DNA from: Carcharhinus longimanus
Lineage: Eukaryota
Reading direction: 5' to 3'
Length of the DNA stretch: 64,000 bases
Assembly (NCBI GenBank): GCA_030264375.1
Contig: JASCQW010000133.1
Coordinates: 15,391,417 to 15,455,416, forward strand
The notes under the pieces were generated by a model. The model was not told the DNA's origin, did not search any database, and saw nothing but the letters and a program-made list of their open reading frames with translations. Both the position numbers and the translations under genes were made by a program. Of this stretch, positions 53,201-62,200 are shown in pieces. Each line of letters opens with the position of its first letter. Position 1 is the first letter of the stretch.

Positions 53201-56200
53201 GCGAATTTCGGAATAAATGGGATTATATATTCACCCATGGAATAGAGTAGCAAAGGGATAAGGTTGCTATGAATGATGTTGCAAAATGCTACATTATTTG
53301 GGCATGTCATTTTTACCTTTTGCGGGGAGTGACCCGTAAAAACAAAATGGGAAGGAACCAATTGGTACGTGGGTGATGTTTATCATTGTCTTAGGCTTTT
53401 CAATTGTAACTCATCATTGAAATTGAAATCTGAGACTTCAGGTTTGGTTTAAAAGGACTGGGTCAGGGACTTAGACTTGATAAGATAGTAAATATTGATG
53501 CAGTATAAATCAAGATCCTACGATTTCACTTCTGTTTGTGCTGAGTTAACTGGTCTTAGTTGGAGCTACTGAGAAACCAAGTTAGGCCAAAGGCTCTTGG
53601 AGCAGGAGAAAGAGAAGGGATATAGTTTTAGTGACTTGTGAATTTTGCTGAAAGTATGTCTGAGCTAGTATAGAATTAGGCTTGTCATTTTTCCTGCACT
53701 TCAGTAGTGTCTTAAATTTTCTAAATTATTTTTGCTGCATCTAACCTACTTCTAATATTCTCCTGATAATTTCTTTTTGGTCAGTTACCGAATAGTTAGA
53801 GATGATAATCCAGGGTGAAGGGAAGCTGCTTATTTCTTGCCTATCCACAGCATTACATTTGAAGTACAGAACTCTGGAGTATCAGGCATTTAACATCACA
53901 TTAGAGCTAGAATGCAGTGCCAGTGTCACTCTGAGACTATCATCACTTCAACCTCAGTCTTTTTTATTCATTATTGACTTTAACATACGATTTCTTGGGC
54001 AGTAGTCATCACTGGCATGGCCCAGCATTTATTGTCCATCCCTAGTTGCTCTGGAAAGGTGGTAGCAATTTTGTATGATTGAATGACTGGCAAGATCAGT
54101 TTGGGGAGCACCAGCCACACTAGTGTGGGTCTTGACCAGCTAAGAGTGACAGGTTTCCTTCTCTAAAGGACAGTGGTAAACATGTTGGCTTTTTGTGACA
54201 GTCTGAAGCTTCGTGGTCATTTTACTGAAACTAAGTCTTTTCAAAAATGAACTCATTCTCAAACAGCCATGATGTGATTTCAACTCTCATCCTCTGGCTT
54301 ATTAGTTTAGCCTCTGGCTTTATTTGTCCCATAACGCAATCTTTGGACTTGCCCTCCAGCTCTTCCCAATCCAAAGCATTTTGAGAGAACCTTTCCATTT
54401 GCAATTAATTGGTCTGTAATTTGGGTAGAACTAAGAGTATAAGTGATACAAAAGATAATTAAGTTGACCATGAATGAACTGATGCTATACATTTTCAAAA
54501 TTAAATTTTCTCTTTTTTTTGTTGAATTTTTACGTTGATGTACATGCCTTTTTCATCCTTTATTTAGCTTTTAGACTCTTTGAATCTTTGCAATCCATCT
54601 GTATTCTTCTAAAGTTTGACTAATCTTTATCTTAACTGTTGTAATATTCCACCTGAGTTCTACTGTTGTCATTTTCTTTTCATTGAAAACTGAATTCAGC
54701 ATTCCTGCCATTTCAGTTTATCTTGTTAATCTTGCTTCTCCTTTTCCAGCCCTGTCTACTTTTTAAATTCTCCTTTTACTTACTTTTCTCTAAGATGCAT
54801 AGCTATTTTTATATTGATATATCAATCCTTTATTGCATAACCATCTTTTTAACGCCCCCCCCCCCACCCCCCAAATCCCAACCCTAAGTGCAAGGAATTT
54901 GAGGACATTTTTATTGCAATGATCAAGACTATGCAGTTAGCTACCTTTGTTGCTTTCCTCCCTTCACCTCACCTATCAAATGTTCTTTAAGAATGCCCAC
55001 AGCCAGAACCCTGAACTTGCATTCTGTAGTTTTCTCCCGTTTTCTCTCATGCCCTCTCTGAGCTCATCTTATCCATGGAGATAGCCTTTTGCTCCCTCGA
55101 CCTGATTCCCACTAAAATGTTAACCACTCAATTTCCCATCCTGGCACCCAAAAGACCAACCTTTGACCCCACTGATCTTGCAAATGAATGTCCTGTCTCT
55201 TTGAATATGTTGTCATCCTGCTATCCATGCCCGCCTTTCCTGGAATTCTTCCCAATTAAGTTTCAGCCCACCGCAGTACTAAAACACTTCTTTATCCAAA
55301 TAACAAATGATGCTTTATGTGACTATGACTAAGATAAATTTTCCCTCAATCAACTCGACCTGTCTGCAGCCTTTGACTGTAAATGGGTGAAACTGATTTC
55401 ATCTGATTCAGTCTCCTCAGTCTAATTCAAGGCAGAATATCACCTGCAAATGCTTCTCTTCCCACTCCGACACCATTAGCTCTGGTATTCTTCCCTCAGT
55501 TCCTGCCTATGCTTTAGCAACATGCCGTCCCTTGGCGACATCATTTGAAAGCACTGGCTTAGTTTTCACATGCACAGTGACAACGCTGACCACCTCTTGC
55601 CATTCCACTACTGTCGGTAAATTATCAGACTGCTTATCCGAAATCCAGTAATGGATGAGCAGAAATTTTTCCCAATTAAATATCAGGAAGAATAAAGCCA
55701 TTGTTTTGAAGTAAGTGATTTTGGTCACTGTTCCAAATTCCTTTCCTTAGCTTACTGCCTCCATTTCTGTCCCTGACAGCAATCTGTGTGTTCTTGATAT
55801 CACATTTGATCCTTGGGTATGCTTCTGAACTCATCAGAGCCATCACTAAAGCTGCCTATTTCAACCTGCGTAACATCGCCCAACTTTGTCATGTCCAGTT
55901 TATCTTCTGGTGAAACCCTCATTTGTTTCTTTTTTATCTCTACACTTGGCTGTCCAATGTACTGCTGGCTCCCATATTACACCTTCCATAACCTTGGGGC
56001 CATCCAAAGCTCTGCAGCCCATGTACCATTGCTCTTACGTTCCTGTGCTCACTGAAGTATGTTAGCTCCTAGTCAAGTGATATCTTGATTTTAAAATTCT
56101 CATCCTTGTTTTGAAATCCCTCCCTGCCCTTGTCTCTTCCTATGTCTGTAATCCCAACAACCCTCTGAGATAACCTGCGCTCCTCCAATTCTGACTTCTT

Positions 56201-59200
56201 GGCTTTTCCCAATTTTAATTGCTCTACCGTTAGTGCCTGTGCCCTCTGCTGCTTGCTAAGGTCCAGAATTTCCTCCCTGTGCATCTCCAAATTTCTGCCC
56301 CATTTTCCTCCTTGAAGGAATCCATAAAACCTATCTCTTTGGCTAAGCTTTTGATCCTCATACCCAACATCTCCTTGCGTTATTCTTGTCATATTTTGTT
56401 TTATTGTACTTCAGTGAATCACCTTGAGAGTTCTAGAATGTAAAAGATACTATACAAATGAAAGTTCTTAATATTTTTTATTTCTGCTTTACCCTCCTAA
56501 TTGCCTTTCTAACATCTTTTCTAAGTTCTTCATGTTATTTATTGATGTTGACTGACTTGTTCATTTCAAGCATTTTTTGGTTTTTATGTGATTTTGTTTT
56601 CATTTTTAGACTTTTAGCACAACCCCACAAACGATTCAAGGTTTCAGAAGAAAGGATACAGTTACACATCCAGGAAATTAATTATCTGGATCCAACTAGA
56701 CTTATGCAGCAGCATGGCGAAGGCCCCGGAGAACTTAATGACCCTTACACTTTTGTGGATGGTGATATCGAATACAGCTTTACTTCTATTAAGAAGTCAA
56801 AACTTGGGTCAGATAAAGATACATCAAAGAAATCACAACAGAACAAGGTAACAATAAAAAATCACCACACAACACACATCCCCCAAATTGGATACACCTG
56901 CTCATGCCTTCTAAAGGATGGAACGTATGGAAAATTAAATTACTCCTGGCAGTATCTCCATTATATCCATAATGTAATTGGGAATAGCTGTAAACATTGA
57001 AAAGATTTAAAATCTTATTTCACTGCAATAATTGGCTTTTTGTATGATGTTACTGTATTATGCATATGAAACAAAAAATGAAAATTTTCACTTAACCCTC
57101 ATTTTAACGTTCTTTTTCAAAAATTGGTTCATCCCTGTTTTTCCAATTTGAGGAAGTTACATTGAATCTAAAGATTATCTAAAATTCTATTTTAGTTTGC
57201 TGTTCTATCTGGGAACATGTTGTGATTTTAGGCATTTCTACACAGAATGTCCTGGCATCTAATGGGAGTAGTTTATTTGCTTTCTTTTGTACTTCGCTGA
57301 TTTTTTTTGGCAAACTTAGTACATCAATAGCAACAATATTACCATCTGTTCTTATTTTGACTTCAATTCTTCAGAACTAATATAACACCATAATCTTTTC
57401 CATGTTCCAAACCTCCTTCCCTGATAACGATTCTCCAAGTATGAGCTATTCGTTGTCTCTGACTTGCCCATATTTTTTCCATCGTTAACCAGGAATTTAC
57501 GCTGGTGGAAAGACAGTAATAAAAATATCGAAATGTTTGACGTGTAAGCTTTATGTCTTTACCAACCTATTATTGAGACAACAAACTAAAATTTGTTCCT
57601 CACTATGGTCAAATATTGATTGACTTAAAAGTTTATTGTGGAATTTAAATAGGCCACAGCAATTGAAGTATTGTATCAAGAAAAATCATTGGCATGATTG
57701 CACTCAAATTACAAATATGCACGCGAATGGAGAAAGCGCCTTTTCTGCACCACCTCTGCAGCAGCACTCCTCCTCCTCCCCATTGTAATTATTGCAATCA
57801 TCTCCCTATTTAAAGTTTTCTATTAAGCTTCCCAATATTTCAATGAAATTGGCTTGTATATTGATCACAATATAATCCATATAAACGTGTATGGCTAATT
57901 AGCATACACATGCTAATTATTTGTATGCTAATTAGAAGACCATAAATCATAGACCAGTTAACCTGACATCTTTTTAAAAAATACTTGAGCAGTTTTCTTT
58001 GTTTATCTAAAGACCATTGCATCTTCAGGGTATTGCAGAATCAATAGATTATACCTCATTAATTACTAAAATTCTTTGAAAAGATAAAATTTATTTTGCA
58101 AATCAGAGACGTATGTAGATTTTCAAAAGGCATTTAATAAGGTTGCACATAGATTGCAAGAGGTCTAAGGCTTATATTAAACTTCTTTTATCAGCTCAAG
58201 GAAAACCGTTAACTTTTAAAAAGAATTTTGAGCTCCCAGTTACGAATTGAAAGAAATGTCCCATAATTAAACTTTTACCGTACAAGAATTTTAAAAAGCA
58301 AATGCTAATTGAGCGCTATATATGATTTTGTGAACGTCTAGATTTTCACGCTGAAAATTTCAACAGACTAGTTCTGTTTTTAGTCCACCCAAAAGTTGCC
58401 CTAAGCCGTACAGGATAAGAACATAAGAAATAGGAGCAGGAGTAGGCCATCTGGCCCTTCGAGCCTGCCCCGCCATTCAATAAGATCATGNNNNNNNNNN
58501 NNNNNNNNNNNNNNNNNNNNNNNNNNNNNNNNNNNNNNNNNNNNNNNNNNNNNNNNNNNNNNNNNNNNNNNNNNNNNNNNNNNNNNNNNNCCTCGCTATG
58601 AAGGCCAGCATCCCATTCGCCTTCCTGACCACCTGCTGCACCTGAGCATTCCTTCACTTCTCTTGGGGCCTGAACCATAGGAATTCATTTTGATTCTCCT
58701 CAGTATTCCTGCTATTCTCTGAGCAAGGAAATGTATTGGGGGTCCTTCCACTTGCATTTAGCCAAAGCAAACATCCAATTATCTTTAAGCATCTCAGCTC
58801 AATCATGGGTTTTGCTCTTGCTTGGTGGTCCCCAGTTCCTGGCAGCAGCTTTTCTTTTCGTGCCTGTTTTCTAGTTGTTACCGCTTCAGATGTATCATTA
58901 CTCCCTTGCTGACCTTTTCTGTGAGAAAACACAAATAAAACAAAAATGGGTGAATTCTTTAATCTCTCCCCATGGAATTGTGCCACATCTGGGATCTCCC
59001 CCAATGTCCCAAACAGAGATTTCAGCTGTCTGATGATCAGGAAAATGATGTGGCTTCTTTAAGATCTTCCATTGTTTATCTGTTGCTATCAGTCCTTTCT
59101 TTGCTCTGGGACCCACATGAACAATTCAGATTCCCTGTAAAGGCAACTGTAGACATCTTGTCTGTACCAAGGGCTCACCCATTGTTTAGTGTTTTTCTAA

Positions 59201-62200
59201 TTATGACTCCAACCTTGTTAAATAAACACGGATTATCCTTTGAATTACTTTTTATTTACTAACCTCTCAAACTTGGGTGCTTTCCTATTTATCTTGACAT
59301 TTAGATTGCGAAATGAAATGTGAAATGTTAAATGTATGTACCTTCAAAATGAGTCATCAAATTAGGTATGTTGACATTGGAACAGGAGTAGGCCATTCAG
59401 CCCATCAAGTCTGCTCCATCATTTAGTTAGATCATGGTTGATCATCAGCCTCAACACTTTACACGGTCCATATGTCCCTTCATGTTGCTACCTAGAAATC
59501 TATTGATTTGATTTATTATTGTCACATGTATTAACATAGAGTGAAAAGTATTGTTTCTTGCGTGCTATACAAACAAAGCATGTCGTTCATAGAGAAGGAA
59601 ATGAGAGAGTGCAGAATATAGTTTTACAGTCATAGCTCGGATGTAGAGAAAGATCAACTTATTGCGATCACTAAGTCCATTCAAAAGTCTGATGGCAGCA
59701 GGGAAGAAACTGTTACTGAGTCAGTTGATACGTGACCTGAGACTTTTGTATCTTGTTCCTGACGGAAGAAGCTGGAAGAGAGAATGTTTATGATGCTTGG
59801 GGATCTTAATTATGCTGGCTGATCAATGATTTGATCTTCCAAAGCCCTCTGGTGTAGAAATTTCCAAATTTGAGTGAACGTATTCTTCCTCATCTCAGTC
59901 ATAAATGAACTGCCTATTATTCTGAGACTGTCTCCTCTGGTCTACGCTTATTAGCGGGAAAGCATCAGACCTGTCATGTAATACCCTGTCAGAATTTTGT
60001 AAGTTTCAATGACATCATCTTTCATTCTTCAAAACTTGAGAGAATGCAGACCCAGTGCCCTCAATCTCTCCTCATAAGGCAATCCTGCCATCCCAGGAAT
60101 TAGTCTGGTGAACTTCCATTGCAATTCCTCTTTGACAAGTACATCCTTCTTTAGTATGGAGGTCAAAACTGCATAAGATATCCCAGGTGTGATCTCAACA
60201 AGTCTGTGTACGAGGGTTTCCTAATCTTTTCCCCTCTTGACCACTCGAGTACTGATAGAAACTCTGATGATCATTTTTATTACGTTGAAGAGTGAAACCA
60301 CAAAAAAAGGTTGTTTTTGCACAATAGGTACAAATATACAGAAACATTAATAAGTCTTTTCAGTTTCTTATAGGTACAAGGTACAGGTTCTTATAGGTAA
60401 TAATTAAAGTTCTCATTCAGTAACATTTTTTGTCATTTTAATGGGAGATGTGATGGATTTTTTAGCTCAAAAATTTGTTTAATATTAGGAGTGTTGCTAG
60501 AAAGCTGGATTCTCATATCAGACTTTCACTTGTGCTTGCTTGCTAGCTCTCCCCCTTTCTCAGACATGTTCACTTCCTTTTCTTTCCTCTCACATCCATG
60601 CTCATCTTTCTTTTCCTCTCTCGCACACACACACACTTCTCACTGAAGCGTGCTCCCCCACCCCTCTTTCGCTTGCGCTGGGGGTTTCTGAACCTGAGAA
60701 TCAAACTTATCTAATGTAAATATGTTGTTAACAAATCTTCAAATATTTCAGGGTATGATGTTCTCTCTTTCAGCTTGAAGATGGATTTGGTACTAGGGAA
60801 GCTCCAGCTAGTCATGCTACACAGTTGCCTGACGGGAAAGATGCCATGTCTATTTTTAGCACTGCTCCAAAATCAGGTATCCCAACGTATTGAAGAGCAT
60901 TCAGGAGTAACTAATGCAATCAAAAAAAGAAAAAGTAGCTTATTTTGTTTGCCAATGTAAATAGAGTTTTAGAATGCTGAACATTTTCTTTTCTTTAGAA
61001 ACACGACAATCTCCAACAGGGCGAACAGTTCCTGCAAGCCTCACACGAGAGACTGACCTAGTGGTATCTTTGAATGACCTGGACAATCTTTTTGACAACT
61101 CTGATGATGAGGAAAATGGGGTAAATGCAATTATATTTACAAAAATCAACACTAAAAGTATCATGTTGAGTATTATTTGCCTGTGGTATGTAACCATCAT
61201 TAATCTCTGATGATCACTGTTCCAAGAAAATGGAATACTGTCTTTGCTGTTGTTTTGATGAGCTCCCAAATACTTGACAATTAAGTGCTACTTGTGAATA
61301 TGAATGAATCTAAAAGTTAATACAGTATTGTAGAAATCTGCCATAAACTTTGTTTTTACTTAGTCTCCCAAAAAAGTTGCATAATTTTCTTTTGAAATTT
61401 TAAGGCTGATCATTTGCCTAAAGTGATTTGCTCATTGTTATTTGATTCTGTCAATGTAACAGAATTAAAAAACTAAAGCACCAATTTTAATTAATGTCTC
61501 TCAATTTAATGCAAGTAAATAGCTAATTAATATGTTGGACTATTTTCATTCCAGTATTCCATTACTAACATGCTCATTAAATTTTGTTTATTTATTTGCG
61601 TATCCCATTTTGACCAAGTAGTTTTGATCCAAATTTTGAATAGGCAATTAAACCTGATCTCGTAAAATGGTACACTGGACTGTTTTAATGAGGTTTCAAA
61701 TATCCAAGCACAGGTTTTCTTTAATATGTTGGCTGAGCTGAAACTTGCGAATTTTTATGACTATGGCCTTATATTTTTAACTTTTGATTTTCTACTCTGC
61801 AAAGTTCTCAATTTCCCCCGACAGGCTCAATTTTTAGTTTTTTATTGATGTCATCACCTTATAAGCATTTTATCATTTATTTTATTTGGATTTGTACTGC
61901 ATGTGCTGCTTCTGGCTTTCAGAAAGTTGTTCCAGCAGCCGGTGCTGATGCTCGATCGTAGAAAGCCTGAGGTCGTTGCTCTGAAATAGCTATTGACGAC
62001 AGGAAATGGGCAAATATTCAATGAAAGTGGAGTCCCTATTTAAACACCTGTAACCCTTCACAACTGTCTGCAAGCAGCTAAGATTCTTGTTCATGGATGC
62101 ACAGGATTTATTTTGCACTGAAGCGTTCCCTCGCTTCATATCACTGATTTGCTGAGCTACGTTATAGAGAAGAAAATTAAAAATGTGGTGGCAAAACCCA

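Noticed and set aside
60752-60773. Alternative upstream acceptor tttcag|ggtatg
   Set aside because: Adds 22 nt and shifts the frame; the downstream acceptor has the better pyrimidine tract and restores homology.
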